DNA from: a virus
Taxonomy: Duplodnaviria > Heunggongvirae > Uroviricota > Caudoviricetes
IMG/VR virus record: IMGVR_UViG_3300006155_000234
Length of the DNA: 64,000 nucleotides
Reading direction: 5' to 3' (one strand)
Shown one piece after another: positions 1-9,985 of this stretch. Position 1 is the stretch's first letter. Each line of letters opens with the position of its first letter. A program made the position numbers and the translations under genes. Under the pieces are notes generated by a model. The model was given only the letters and a program-made list of their open reading frames with translations, ran no database searches and had not been told where the DNA came from.

Positions 1-719
1 AAGAGTTTAAAAAACCTTATGATGCTGTATATTCATCTGCAATGGTTCAGACTGTGAGAACATTATGTAGAGAATTACCAGGTTGTACATTAGGGTATTA
101 TAGTCATAATGAAATAGATTTAATATTTGTACCTATAAATGGAAATGGTACACTATCTCTGTTAAAGGGAAGTAAAACAATAAGCTATATATCAAGTGTA
201 GTTGCAAGTAAAGCTGTAAGTATATTCAACGATGCTTTGCAAGATGAAATTAAACAACAGGAATATAAAAATAAAAATAGACATTTAGAACATATATTAG
301 ATACATCTGTTTATAAACAAAAATTATTAAAATCAATATTTGAGGTAAAAGCATTTAATTTACCAAAAGAAAGACTATACGATTATATTTATTTAAAACA
401 TTTATATTCAAGAAGAGATGCACTTGTATATGCAGCATCTACATTTATAAATAAAAATGATGCAAATAGTAAGTCTTGCGAAGAACTTATAAAAATACTA
501 AAAGAACAATATAATTATGATTTTGAAAATAACAGTGTTCTTTCTGCTAGATTTAAGAATGGTATAATATGTAATAGAGTTGTAGAATCTAAAAATACAA
601 GTTGTATATTAATAGAAATAACTAAACCATTAAAGAAAAATAAAGATAGAAAGATTATTGAAAGAATGATGTTTTCAAACAATGTAGATGCTTGTGTTAA
701 ATGTCAATATGAAATATAG
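1..719 (+). CDS. Thg1-like protein (tRNA-His guanylyltransferase family, 3'-5' polymerase), 5'-partial; divergent paralog of the 38225 gene
   Basis: Reading frame is open to the window edge. Aligns segment-by-segment with ORF 38225 (KPYDAVYSSAMVQ...YSHNEIDLIF vs KPFDEILSQVMQ...TQSDEISLLL; FEVKAFNLPKERLYDY vs FDARAFNIPKEDVCNY). The SDE carboxylate motif is replaced by HNE. Confidence 0.55.
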   Translation, partial: EFKKPYDAVYSSAMVQTVRTLCRELPGCTLGYYSHNEIDLIFVPINGNGTLSLLKGSKTISYISSVVASKAVSIFNDALQDEIKQQEYKNKNRHLEHILDTSVYKQKLLKSIFEVKAFNLPKERLYDYIYLKHLYSRRDALVYAASTFINKNDANSKSCEELIKILKEQYNYDFENNSVLSARFKNGIICNRVVESKNTSCILIEITKPLKKNKDRKIIERMMFSNNVDACVKCQYEI

Positions 720-730
720 GAGGTATAGAT

Positions 731-961
731 ATGGCAGATAGGGAAGTATATGGATATACAAAATACTATACAGGAAGTTGTTTAGTAAAATTTGAAAAAT
801 CTTTTGATGATTATTATTTAACAGAAATAAAAGTACACAACGGAAGAGCAAAAATAGTGACAACTAAAAATCATGAAGAAATTATAGAAGAACATGAACT
901 AGGAATTATTGATGTAAGTCCATTAAATGTGAGTATAGGAAAATATGGAAAGGACAAATAA
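731..961 (+). CDS. hypothetical protein
   Basis: ORF with AGGAGG RBS (tagg-aggtatagat-ATG). Confidence 0.5.
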   Translation: MADREVYGYTKYYTGSCLVKFEKSFDDYYLTEIKVHNGRAKIVTTKNHEEIIEEHELGIIDVSPLNVSIGKYGKDK

Positions 962-1148
962 GATGGAAAAAGAAGATATTAAAAATGTTACATTTTATGC
1001 AAATCAACTAATAAATATTTTAGGAGATTGTCCAGAAGATGTTATAGATTATGTATTAAATGCAGTTACAGGAAATTATTATGTATCTGAAGATGAAATA
1101 GAAGAAATATTAATAAGTAATATAACAGATGAAGGAGGTGTATATTAA
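945..1148 (+). CDS. hypothetical acidic protein
   Basis: ORF overlapping the upstream stop, RBS AGGACA. Confidence 0.45.
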   Translation: MERTNKMEKEDIKNVTFYANQLINILGDCPEDVIDYVLNAVTGNYYVSEDEIEEILISNITDEGGVY

Positions 1149-1414
1149 TGGAATTTTCAAAGACAACAGAAGAAACAAAAAATTATACATCAGGATATAT
1201 GCAACTAGGAGCACAACAAGGTTGGCAATGTCCTATATGTAAGAGAGTGTTAGCACCCTTTATCACAGAATGCCCTTGTAATGGTCAAGGTATGCAAACA
1301 GTAATTACAACAAAAATTGCAGATTTATTAAAAAGACCTAATTTAACTGAAATAAATGTTAAAGATTATGAAGACACTACAATAACATATAGTCAATGTA
1401 GGGAAGGAGAATAG
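1148..1414 (+). CDS. hypothetical protein with CxxC...CPC zinc-ribbon-like motif
   Basis: ORF, RBS GAAGGAGG; CPICKRV...CPCNGQG. Confidence 0.5.
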   Translation: MEFSKTTEETKNYTSGYMQLGAQQGWQCPICKRVLAPFITECPCNGQGMQTVITTKIADLLKRPNLTEINVKDYEDTTITYSQCREGE

Positions 1415-1416
1415 AG

Positions 1417-1959
1417 ATGAAAAAGAGTTTGATAATGTTAGGCATAGCATTTGGATTATTGATACTAATTATAGGAATGTTTGCAGGTATAAATAATACT
1501 GCAATAAGTTTAAGTGAACAAATTAAAGAAAGTAAATCAAGTATTAATATACAAGAAAAGAGAAGAGAAGATTTAATTTATAATTTAGTAGATACAGTTG
1601 AAAGTTATAATAAATATGAGCAGGATACTATGACCAAAATAGTGGAAGCAAGAACAAAAGCAAGTAACGGACAAGTAGAAGAAGCACAGGTATTAATAAA
1701 TGCAGTTGCAGAAAAATATCCAGAATTAAAGTCAAATGAAAATTATAAAACATTGATGACAGAATTATCTACAACCGAAAATTTAATTGCAGAGCATAGA
1801 AATAATTATAATATTCAAGTTAAGAAATATAATAAGTATATTAAGAAATTTCCAAATAATATGATATTAAATATGATGGGGTTTGAAAAAATAGATACAG
1901 ATTATCTTGAATATGATGCATCAGAAGATGCTCCAAGAAATCTATTTAAAGATAATTAG
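1417..1959 (+). CDS. lemA: LemA family membrane protein
   Basis: N-terminal TM helix plus LemA-type body (..YNKYEQDTMTKIVEARTKA...NYNIQVKKYNKYIKKFPNNMILNMMGF). Confidence 0.7.
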   Translation: MKKSLIMLGIAFGLLILIIGMFAGINNTAISLSEQIKESKSSINIQEKRREDLIYNLVDTVESYNKYEQDTMTKIVEARTKASNGQVEEAQVLINAVAEKYPELKSNENYKTLMTELSTTENLIAEHRNNYNIQVKKYNKYIKKFPNNMILNMMGFEKIDTDYLEYDASEDAPRNLFKDN

Positions 1960-1971
1960 AGGTAATTTAAA

Positions 1972-2727
1972 ATGGAATTTAAAGTTACTAAGAGAGAAAT
2001 AATGATTACTATTGCATTAACTTTATTTTTAATTGGTATTGGATTTTTTATTGCAAGTTCAATTAGAAATAGTATAGATGAATCAAATGATAAATATTAT
2101 AAATCATTAAAGGTAGATAATGATATGGATATGTTTAGTTATGCTTTAAAAACAAATATAGGATATGTATTAGCGTCAGGAATTGTTGAGGGAATAGATG
2201 GTGTTTCCTATGATGGAATTAATGGAAAATATTTTTATATAAAGAAGGTTAAAGAAGAATATACTAAACATACAAGACAAGTAGAACATACAAGAACAGT
2301 TCCAGATGGTAATGGTGGTACTAAAACAGAAACATATTATACAACAGAAACATACTGGGAATGGGATTATGTGTCTAGTGAAATTAAACACGTAAATCAA
2401 TTTAAGTTTTTAAATTCTATATTTGATTATAATACAATTAAATTCAACAATGATAAATATATAGATACTGTAAAGGAAAGTTATTATATTAGATATAAAT
2501 ATTATGCAATACCAATATCTTTTAATGGTGTGTTGTTTACACATATAGAAAATAATACAATAGTAGATAATGAATTTTATTATAATAGTAGTATTGATGA
2601 AGTCATAAGAAATAGACAAACAAGTGTTACTGGTGCTGTAACTGGATTTTGGTTATTATGGATTATATTAATAGTATTATTAGATTTTGGATATGTGTAT
2701 TTAGAAAATAATTATTTAGAAGATTAG
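1972..2727 (+). CDS. membrane protein with N- and C-terminal TM helices (LemA-associated partner type)
   Basis: ORF directly after lemA; hydrophobic termini. Confidence 0.5.
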   Translation: MEFKVTKREIMITIALTLFLIGIGFFIASSIRNSIDESNDKYYKSLKVDNDMDMFSYALKTNIGYVLASGIVEGIDGVSYDGINGKYFYIKKVKEEYTKHTRQVEHTRTVPDGNGGTKTETYYTTETYWEWDYVSSEIKHVNQFKFLNSIFDYNTIKFNNDKYIDTVKESYYIRYKYYAIPISFNGVLFTHIENNTIVDNEFYYNSSIDEVIRNRQTSVTGAVTGFWLLWIILIVLLDFGYVYLENNYLED

Positions 2728-2737
2728 GAGGTATATT

Positions 2738-3139
2738 ATGCACTTAGGAGATATTTATAAAAGGTTGACATCAAACCATTTTGTACTGATACAGGGGTTT
2801 GCAACATACATAGATGAAGATAAAAATAAAAAAGAATTAGACGATGATATTTTAGTAGTTATAAGTAATTTAATAGTTGTAGATGGTATGCTTGTTTCTG
2901 ACCCAGTGGGTTGTCATATAGGTACTCAAAAAGAAGTAGAGGATAAATATTGTTTATACAAAAGACAGGATGAGATAAATGATATGGAATTAGAACTAAT
3001 AAGTCTAAAAGTACAACAACAAAATGAAATAGATGATAGAGAAATTGATGATATGTTTGCTAAACTAGAACCAGAAGTAATAGAAAACTTAAAAAGAGAT
3101 ATAGACGAGTTAATAAAAGAACATAAGGAGGGTAAGTAA
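2738..3139 (+). CDS. hypothetical protein
   Basis: ORF with AGGAGG RBS. Confidence 0.5.
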   Translation: MHLGDIYKRLTSNHFVLIQGFATYIDEDKNKKELDDDILVVISNLIVVDGMLVSDPVGCHIGTQKEVEDKYCLYKRQDEINDMELELISLKVQQQNEIDDREIDDMFAKLEPEVIENLKRDIDELIKEHKEGK

Positions 3140-3384
3140 TGATTATACCTAAAAGAAAAGAAACAGAAAGAGAAACTTTTGACAGATTATTCCATCTAAC
3201 TGATATGAAGGACTATGGTATGTTTCCTTCCCTAATGACAGCACAAACAGCAGTAGATGAATTATGTAGGTTCTTTTTAGGAGAAGATTGGTACACAGTC
3301 AATCCTATAAGTACAGAACAAATTAATACAGAAATTGTATATGAAATAGAAAGAAAATTAAATAGATACAGAAAGGATAGATAA
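3139..3384 (+). CDS. hypothetical protein
   Basis: ORF with RBS AAGGAGGG, overlapping stop/start. Confidence 0.5.
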   Translation: MIIPKRKETERETFDRLFHLTDMKDYGMFPSLMTAQTAVDELCRFFLGEDWYTVNPISTEQINTEIVYEIERKLNRYRKDR

Positions 3385-3385
3385 T

Positions 3386-3919
3386 ATGTCAACAACTTAT
3401 TATATGAGATTAAAAGATGATAAAGAATTAAATACTATAAGAAAAACAATAAAAGGTACTGAAAGTATAATAAATAAAGCATTAGAAATTATTGCAGAGG
3501 ATTTATATACTAAAGTTACTAATATTACTCAAAATATTATAAATGAAGATAATTTTAATAAGCAATTTTGTAATGCAGCAAGTTGGTATGGTGGTTATCC
3601 AGATGAACCTGAAGACTATCATTTAAAGAAAGTGTACCTATCAGAAATAGAAGATATTAAAATAGAAATAGGTACATATTCAGGTGGTGGTTTTCATTGG
3701 AAGTTAAATTCAGTACCAGACGGATATTATGATATTGAACAAATAAATGAAGAAAAATCTTATGATGGTTGGTTGGAATTAAAAGAGTACAGTTTCCCAA
3801 GAAGTAAAGAACAATTTAAAGAATTTATGAAAAAGTATAAAGATAAAGTTGAAATTGTAGATGAATATGGCGAGATTTATACAGTAACCAAATTTTTGAA
3901 AAAAGTAGATGAATACTAA
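3386..3919 (+). CDS. hypothetical protein
   Basis: ORF, RBS-like AAGGATAGA. Confidence 0.5.
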   Translation: MSTTYYMRLKDDKELNTIRKTIKGTESIINKALEIIAEDLYTKVTNITQNIINEDNFNKQFCNAASWYGGYPDEPEDYHLKKVYLSEIEDIKIEIGTYSGGGFHWKLNSVPDGYYDIEQINEEKSYDGWLELKEYSFPRSKEQFKEFMKKYKDKVEIVDEYGEIYTVTKFLKKVDEY

Positions 3920-3944
3920 ATCTATGAATATTTAATTTTGTTCT

Positions 3945-3959
3945 GTAAAATATTAATGA
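3945..3959 (+). promoter_or_regulatory. late-promoter-like motif GTAAAATATTAATGA (copy L1)
   Basis: Exact 15-mer shared with 8 other sites. Confidence 0.4.
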
Positions 3960-3998
3960 TGAAAAAGTTTAGGAAATTTTAAAAATTTTAAAAAATGC

Positions 3999-4027
3999 TT
4001 GACATATTTTAAAACTTATAGTATTAT
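3999..4027 (+). promoter_or_regulatory. sigma-A-type promoter TTGACA-17-TATTAT (early family copy P1)
   Basis: aaaaatgcTTGACAtattttaaaacttatagTATTAT, near-identical to 10 other copies. Confidence 0.6.
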
Positions 4028-4061
4028 AAGTATAGATTAAAATTGAATTGGAGGATTTAAT

Positions 4062-4664
4062 ATGGAAAAGAAAGAACAAGAATTAAGAGATTTAATACAA
4101 AATTGGTGTGAGTTAGATGATGATATGAGATACAGAGATGTGGATGATGCAACAGATGAATTTACTGATACATTTATATCATCTGAAGATTTAGAAAATT
4201 TTGGTTATACAAATGGTGATTATGATGAAATAAGAGAAATAGTATTTGAAGTAGTAGACACATATATTACTGAAAATAGCAATATTTATGAAATGGCAGA
4301 AGAATGGAATGGAAATGGATACACAAATTATTTAGATGAGGGAGAATGGGAAGAAATATTCCATAATGCACCAGAAGTTTATAAAAGTGCTCTAGATGCA
4401 AGAGCAGGATGGGTAAAAGAATCATGGGGAGAAGTACCAGATTTAGTATGGGATGAACTAATGGAAATTATTGATGAGCAATTAGGATTTATCAATTATA
4501 ATCCAATGGCAGTAATAGATAATGTATTAGTAAATGGTTCTTATGGTGACTTTGACGATTTTAAAGATGAAGAAGAATCTGATGAAGATTTTATAGCAAG
4601 AGAAGAAGATAATTGTTATAGAATATTCCCAGAAGAAAGATTTATTATATATACTTTAGGTTAA
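4062..4664 (+). CDS. hypothetical highly acidic protein
   Basis: ORF downstream of promoter P1, RBS TGGAGGA. Confidence 0.55.
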   Translation: MEKKEQELRDLIQNWCELDDDMRYRDVDDATDEFTDTFISSEDLENFGYTNGDYDEIREIVFEVVDTYITENSNIYEMAEEWNGNGYTNYLDEGEWEEIFHNAPEVYKSALDARAGWVKESWGEVPDLVWDELMEIIDEQLGFINYNPMAVIDNVLVNGSYGDFDDFKDEEESDEDFIAREEDNCYRIFPEERFIIYTLG

Positions 4665-4682
4665 TGGAAGGAGGTAATATCA

Positions 4683-4853
4683 ATGAATGAAGAACAATTA
4701 TTTGAAAAATTTGTAGATTTTCTAATGAATTTACCAGAGGATTTAGAATTATCTAATATACTAAATGTTATAGAAGATTCATTAGGGCAAATACCACCAA
4801 CAGAAAATATAAGTACAGTAAGAGAATTATTAGATTATTGGGACGTAGTATAA
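4683..4853 (+). CDS. small hypothetical protein (56 aa)
   Basis: ATG preceded by GGAAGGAGG; below the ORF-track length cutoff. Confidence 0.45.
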   Translation: MNEEQLFEKFVDFLMNLPEDLELSNILNVIEDSLGQIPPTENISTVRELLDYWDVV

Positions 4854-4871
4854 TTAGAGATTGAGATTTAA

Positions 4872-4901
4872 AAGAAACTCAAATAGGAGTTTCTTTTTTT
4901 G
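4872..4901 (+). terminator. rho-independent terminator
   Basis: 9-bp stem aagaaactc/gagtttctt followed by T7. Confidence 0.65.
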
Positions 4902-4905
4902 TTCT

Positions 4906-4920
4906 GTAAAATATTAATGA
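4906..4920 (+). promoter_or_regulatory. late-promoter-like motif GTAAAATATTAATGA (L2)
   Basis: Exact motif 5 nt after the terminator T-run. Confidence 0.45.
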
Positions 4921-4946
4921 GATATTCTATGAGGAGGTAGAAGAAT

Positions 4947-5096
4947 ATGGAAGAAAAGAATTGGTTAGAACCTAATGAGATTATTGAGTACAATGAGGAA
5001 TTGGGACAACAATGTATGAATGACCCTGCTAATGATTGGTCTGAAAAGATTGAAGATGGCATTGGTGTTGAAAGTGAAGAAGAAGCACAAGGTTAA
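4947..5096 (+). CDS. small hypothetical acidic protein (49 aa)
   Basis: ATG preceded by GAGGAGG. Confidence 0.4.
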   Translation: MEEKNWLEPNEIIEYNEELGQQCMNDPANDWSEKIEDGIGVESEEEAQG

Positions 5097-5121
5097 TCAA
5101 TAACAAAGGTGGTAATCTACA

Positions 5122-5388
5122 ATGAGGTTAAGTAATGATGTTGAGTTTGAAATTCATAAAACATGGTATCAAAAAACTAAAGTACAGGAAGATGGTATTA
5201 CACACATTGTTGATACAGAACATACCTATCCAGCTTATCAATTTGGAATGGCAAAGAATTATTTAGATATAGGAGATAGGTCAGAGGTTGTTAGAATGAT
5301 AATAAATGATTTACAAACTACAATTCAAGAACTTACAAAGGTTTTAGAAAAAGAAAAAAGTAAAGGTGAGAAAGAGGAGGAAAAGTAA
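5122..5388 (+). CDS. hypothetical protein
   Basis: ORF with RBS AAAGGTGG. Confidence 0.5.
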   Translation: MRLSNDVEFEIHKTWYQKTKVQEDGITHIVDTEHTYPAYQFGMAKNYLDIGDRSEVVRMIINDLQTTIQELTKVLEKEKSKGEKEEEK

Positions 5389-5389
5389 A

Positions 5390-6571
5390 ATGGAAATAGT
5401 AAAAATGTTATGCCCATCAAGTAAATATTGGTGTAAAGCACCCTATGAAATGAATCCACAAGGAATCACCATTCATAATACAGCTAATGATGCTTCTGCA
5501 AAAAATGAAGTATCATATATGATTACAAATAATAATAAAGTATCATACCACTGGGCAGTAGATGATGTAAGAGCTGTTCAAGCAATAGAACATAATAGAA
5601 ATGCTTGGCATGCTGGTGATGGTGGTGGATTTGGAAATAGACAAACAATAGGAATAGAAATATGTTATAGTAAATCAGGAGGAGCAAGATTTGAAGCAGC
5701 CGAAAGAAATGCTGCTGAATTAACTGCAAGAATTATGCTTCAATATGGATGGGGTGTAGATACAATAGGAACAAAAGTTGTAAATACACATCAAAGTAGA
5801 AGTGGTAAATATTGTCCTCATAGAACACTTGATATGGGACTAGAAAGATTTTGGAATATAGTTAGACAAAAGTATGCAGAATTATCTGGTACATCTGTTG
5901 CACCTATACCAACACCAGCTCCTGCTCCAGCAGTAAATGGTGACAGTTATTTAGTACAAATAACAACAAGAGCATTAAATATTAGGAGTGGAGCTGGAAC
6001 AGGAAATGCGATAACAGGTTGTATAAGAGATAGAGGTGTTTATACAATAGTTGAAACTCAAGGTAATTGGGGTAGACTAAAATCTGGAACAGGGTGGATT
6101 TGTTTAGATTTTACAAAGAGAGTTGGTGGAAGTTCAACACCATCTGCACCAACACAACCTAAAGGACACTATGTAGGTGAAAATGTTTCAATAAATGGTG
6201 TATTCACATCATCAATGTCAACAAAGAAATTAAATCCAGCTGTTAAATCAGGTACTATTACAAAAATAGTAAATGGTGCAAATAATCCATATCTATTAAA
6301 CAATGGTAATATTGGATGGGTAAATGATAGTTGTATTGTAGGTGGAAATTCAGCACCAACACCTCAACCATCAGCACCTGCAGGATTTAGTAAAGGACAA
6401 AGAGTAACATTAAAGACATCAGCAGGTAGATATTGTACAGGACAAACAATTCCAAGTTCAATCAAGGGAAAATCTTATACTATAATGCAAGTAGGAAGTG
6501 GTAATACACATCCAGATGGAATACTATTAAAAGAGATTATGTCTTGGGTATATAAGAAAGATGTTCAATAA
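5390..6571 (+). CDS. endolysin: N-acetylmuramoyl-L-alanine amidase (amidase_2/PGRP fold) with C-terminal SH3-type cell-wall-binding repeats
   Basis: ITIHNTAND...YHWAVDD...AWHAGDGGG...IGIEICY...YCPHRTL is the amidase_2 zinc-site pattern; three SH3-like repeats follow (YLVQITTRALNIRSGAG...GNWGRLKSGTGWI). Start moved to the ATG at 5390 behind GAGGAGG. Confidence 0.8.
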   Translation: MEIVKMLCPSSKYWCKAPYEMNPQGITIHNTANDASAKNEVSYMITNNNKVSYHWAVDDVRAVQAIEHNRNAWHAGDGGGFGNRQTIGIEICYSKSGGARFEAAERNAAELTARIMLQYGWGVDTIGTKVVNTHQSRSGKYCPHRTLDMGLERFWNIVRQKYAELSGTSVAPIPTPAPAPAVNGDSYLVQITTRALNIRSGAGTGNAITGCIRDRGVYTIVETQGNWGRLKSGTGWICLDFTKRVGGSSTPSAPTQPKGHYVGENVSINGVFTSSMSTKKLNPAVKSGTITKIVNGANNPYLLNNGNIGWVNDSCIVGGNSAPTPQPSAPAGFSKGQRVTLKTSAGRYCTGQTIPSSIKGKSYTIMQVGSGNTHPDGILLKEIMSWVYKKDVQ

Positions 6572-6600
6572 TCATATTTAGAGAGGTAGGAAATATAATT

Positions 6601-6933
6601 ATGAAACAAGCAAGTGTACCAGTATATATTAGATTTGGCGAAATACCTGAAAATGGTAAAAGTAAAATCCATTTGGGGGATGAAATTGTAGGTGAGGAAG
6701 CTGGGGTATCTGTATATGAAGCAATTTATGCCGATGGATACTACTACCCTAAGCTTCCAGATAATCCTAATAGTAGTACATTGTTAGATTATTTTGAATT
6801 TTTAATGTATTCAAATTCAAGGGTATATCTAGTAATAGGAGATAGAATAAGATTAAATGGGCATGATAATGAACCCTTATTGGGAAATGTAAAGGTTATT
6901 AAAGAAATAACAAGTTATTTTAATAGGAGGTAG
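6601..6933 (+). CDS. hypothetical protein
   Basis: ORF with RBS GAGAGGTAGG. Confidence 0.5.
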   Translation: MKQASVPVYIRFGEIPENGKSKIHLGDEIVGEEAGVSVYEAIYADGYYYPKLPDNPNSSTLLDYFEFLMYSNSRVYLVIGDRIRLNGHDNEPLLGNVKVIKEITSYFNRR

Positions 6934-6938
6934 TTTAT

Positions 6939-7307
6939 ATGGAACAAGTAAATCAAATCATAACAGCTTTAATGCCTTATGTAGTTACAATAGTTACAGC
7001 TATTGCAGGTTATGTAGCATTAAAGATAAAAAATAAATTTGAAGAAAAAATCAATACAGATACTAAAAAAGAAGTTGTGGAAGCAACAGTTAAGTATGTA
7101 CAACAAGTGTATGAAGCATTAGATGGAAAAGAGAAATTACAAAAAGCTCTTGAAACATCTGTTGAATGGTTAGAAGAAAAAGGAATAACTATTACAGAAG
7201 CAGAAGCAACAATTTTAATAGAAGCTGCAATAAAAGGATTTAAAGCAAGCTGGTACACACCAGTAACACCTGAATTAGAAGAAGCTAAAACAGAAGAAAC
7301 AAAATAA
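6939..7307 (+). CDS. holin (LL-H/phage_holin_6-like, single TM)
   Basis: N-terminal TM (ITALMPYVVTIVTAIAGYVAL) and LL-H-like C-terminal region (VEWLEEKGITITEAEATILIEAAIKGF); sits beside the endolysin. Confidence 0.6.
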   Translation: MEQVNQIITALMPYVVTIVTAIAGYVALKIKNKFEEKINTDTKKEVVEATVKYVQQVYEALDGKEKLQKALETSVEWLEEKGITITEAEATILIEAAIKGFKASWYTPVTPELEEAKTEETK

Positions 7308-7318
7308 TTTGTAGAATT

Positions 7319-7357
7319 GTGGTATTACTTTCAAAAGATTGTAATACCACTTTTGTT
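7319..7357 (+). terminator. rho-independent terminator
   Basis: 10-bp stem gtggtattac/gtaataccac followed by TTTTGTT. Confidence 0.65.
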
Positions 7358-7361
7358 ATTG

Positions 7362-7376
7362 GTAAAATATTAATGA
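7362..7376 (+). promoter_or_regulatory. late-promoter-like motif GTAAAATATTAATGA (L3)
   Basis: Exact motif. Confidence 0.45.
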
Positions 7377-7405
7377 TGATAGTTTTAAATATTTTATAAA
7401 ATTGC

Positions 7406-7434
7406 TTGACATATTTTAAAACTTGTATTATAAT
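7406..7434 (+). promoter_or_regulatory. sigma-A-type promoter TTGACA-17-TATAAT (P2)
   Basis: attgcTTGACAtattttaaaacttgtatTATAAT. Confidence 0.6.
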
Positions 7435-7465
7435 ACATAGTATATTAAGATTAGGAGGATTTGAA

Positions 7466-9985
7466 ATGGATGTAGGAAACGGAAAATCATTACATGAACT
7501 TATGGCTCAAATGTTAGGAAAAACACAAAAAGTAGAAGAAGATAATGTAATAGGAAAACAAGATACAGAAATAAAAATAGATAAAAATGTTAAAGATGCA
7601 AACCAAGAAGCAATAGATACTGCAAATATAATTAAATCTGCACCAACAAGAGAAGACCCAAATAAACCAGAAACAGAGAAAGATGAGGAAAATGTTGATG
7701 GAATTGCAGATGGAATATTAGTAGTAACAGACCCTGAAATAACAAGTGAGGAATTTGAAGAAGTAGCTGACGAATTACAGGGTATAGTTGATAATACAGA
7801 TGTAGGAGAATTACCATTTACAGATAAATATGAGGGAGATTATATTTTATCATGCCCTATATGTGGAGGAACATTTGTAAATGATACATTATTAGATAGT
7901 GGAGAAGATACATGCCCTATATGTTGTAAAGTACCAGATAGTTTTGTTGTGAATGGTAGAGTTGAAAATACAAATGCTGTGACAGATAAAGAAGAAGTAC
8001 AGGATAATATAGAACACGAAGAAAATCTTGAAGAACCAGAAGATATAGAAAATCAAGAAAGTTTAGAAGAACCTGAAATGGTTGAAGATGAGGAGGAAAA
8101 TCCATTGAGAAAAGAAAGTAAACAAATAGAAGGAAAGAAACTACAAGAAGATGCTTATGGTGACTATGTAGAAAATGAAAAATCATTAGCAAAAGATTAT
8201 AGTGAAAGAGTAAAGAAAAATATACCACAAGAGGCTAGAGATGCTTTCAAAGATTTAAAAGATATGTTAGATGAAGGAGATAATAAAACATTAGTTGATG
8301 GTTTCTATTTTCCAAAGAAAGCTGTTGATATTTTAAATAATTCTGATAAATCTCATCATCTAAATTCATATATGGATTTAACTATATCTAATATTTTAAA
8401 TCTAATAGAAGATAATAATACTATTGAAGAAGCAATAGATGAACTATTTAATGATTATAAAGCTGATAGTGCATTTAGTTGGGCTGATAACTTTGTTACA
8501 GTGTTAAGTAAAGTAGATACAAGTTATGTAGAAGATGATGAATTATATGAGTATGATGACGAAGAAGAATTTGAAGAAAGTAAAAAATTGACAGAAGGAG
8601 ATACCTATGATAAAGGTATATTTTATGAAATAGAACAAGCACTTGAAGATGCAGGTTTGAATCCTTCAAGATTTACAGATGATGGTGTTTTGACAAGAAA
8701 TATAGGATGGACAGTAACATCATCTGAAACAGGTGAAAGTCAACAAATAACATGTGATGGTAGTTGGTATAATGAAGAACTTGAAGAGAGTAAAAAAGTT
8801 GAAGGTGACTTATCTAAAGACTTATATGGAAATGAGGCAGACAGAAGAATAAATAATAGATTACAAAATTTAGATATTTATTTAGAAGAATTACAAGATG
8901 CAATAAAAGATAATGATGAAGATTTAATAACTGCTAATAAATCAAAAATAATGGGAAATATAGGATACTTAATACCAGCATTAAATATAAAAGGTGGTTC
9001 AAAAGGTTTAGTAGAATATATTAAAAATACTGATTTCGATTTTGAGAATAGATTTAAAGAAACAATAAATATACTAGAAGATGTGGCAGGTGAATATAGA
9101 AAAGAATATGAAGAAAATAAGAAAATAACAGAAAATTTAGAAGAACCAAATTATAAAGATATGTCAACAGAAGATTTAGATGCATATATGACAGATATAA
9201 TTAATAAAAGAGAAGGAACAGAAGATAATACAGAAGTAGCTGATTATTTAGACCAGTTATATATGGATGTTGATAATGAAATTCAGAGAAGAAAAGAAAC
9301 AGAAAGTAAAAAGATAGTTGAAGGAACAAAAGTATGGAGTTCTGAAAGTGAGTATGTTGACCAGAATGACCCTGACTTTAAAGAGTGGTTAGCGGAGTTT
9401 CATGATGTAAATGCAGAAGCACAAGAAGAAGCAGAAAATTTAGGAATAGACCCAAATAACCAAGAAGAGATGGACAATATTTATGATGGCTTAATTCAAG
9501 ACTATTTAGAAATGTACAATGAAAATGATAATGAAGCAATATCAGAAGATTGGAACGAGAATATACTACCTATGATAGAAAGACAATTAGATGATAATGA
9601 TTTAGTTATAATGTTAGGTACAGCACAAACTTGGAGAGGAACTGGTAATGCAGGAAAAGTATTAAGAGGAATGGACGATTTTAAATCATTAGTTGCAGAT
9701 TATGATATAATAGAGTTTGAAACAAGTGATGACGAAAGTCTATCAATAAATTTAATACATCATGATGGTACTCATAGAATGGCATTATATACATTTAATG
9801 GAGATGTTGAGGGAATTTATAATAAGCTAATTGAATTAGGTGTAAATGAATTTACTGGTGATGATTATGAGGACTTTGATGATGCATATTCATATTATGA
9901 TGCAGGTGACTTCATAGATTATATGTTAGATGGACATCAAGCAGAATTACAAGAATTTTTAATTCCAATAAGATGGGATATATAA
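7466..9985 (+). CDS. very large highly acidic protein with paired CPICGG/CPICC zinc-ribbon motif
   Basis: ORF behind AGGAGG RBS; the 7406 track start falls inside the promoter so the start was moved to ATG 7466. Long D/E-rich low-complexity stretches. Confidence 0.6.
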   Translation: MDVGNGKSLHELMAQMLGKTQKVEEDNVIGKQDTEIKIDKNVKDANQEAIDTANIIKSAPTREDPNKPETEKDEENVDGIADGILVVTDPEITSEEFEEVADELQGIVDNTDVGELPFTDKYEGDYILSCPICGGTFVNDTLLDSGEDTCPICCKVPDSFVVNGRVENTNAVTDKEEVQDNIEHEENLEEPEDIENQESLEEPEMVEDEEENPLRKESKQIEGKKLQEDAYGDYVENEKSLAKDYSERVKKNIPQEARDAFKDLKDMLDEGDNKTLVDGFYFPKKAVDILNNSDKSHHLNSYMDLTISNILNLIEDNNTIEEAIDELFNDYKADSAFSWADNFVTVLSKVDTSYVEDDELYEYDDEEEFEESKKLTEGDTYDKGIFYEIEQALEDAGLNPSRFTDDGVLTRNIGWTVTSSETGESQQITCDGSWYNEELEESKKVEGDLSKDLYGNEADRRINNRLQNLDIYLEELQDAIKDNDEDLITANKSKIMGNIGYLIPALNIKGGSKGLVEYIKNTDFDFENRFKETINILEDVAGEYRKEYEENKKITENLEEPNYKDMSTEDLDAYMTDIINKREGTEDNTEVADYLDQLYMDVDNEIQRRKETESKKIVEGTKVWSSESEYVDQNDPDFKEWLAEFHDVNAEAQEEAENLGIDPNNQEEMDNIYDGLIQDYLEMYNENDNEAISEDWNENILPMIERQLDDNDLVIMLGTAQTWRGTGNAGKVLRGMDDFKSLVADYDIIEFETSDDESLSINLIHHDGTHRMALYTFNGDVEGIYNKLIELGVNEFTGDDYEDFDDAYSYYDAGDFIDYMLDGHQAELQEFLIPIRWDI

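Noticed and set aside
7406-7465. Extended start of the acidic-protein ORF at 7406 (MTYFKTCIIIHSILRLGGFE).
   Set aside because: That segment is the early promoter itself (TTGACA..TATAAT) and the true start is the ATG at 7466 behind AGGAGG. The same artefact (MTYFKTYYIINKNREVGNF) occurs at 42225 for pnkp.
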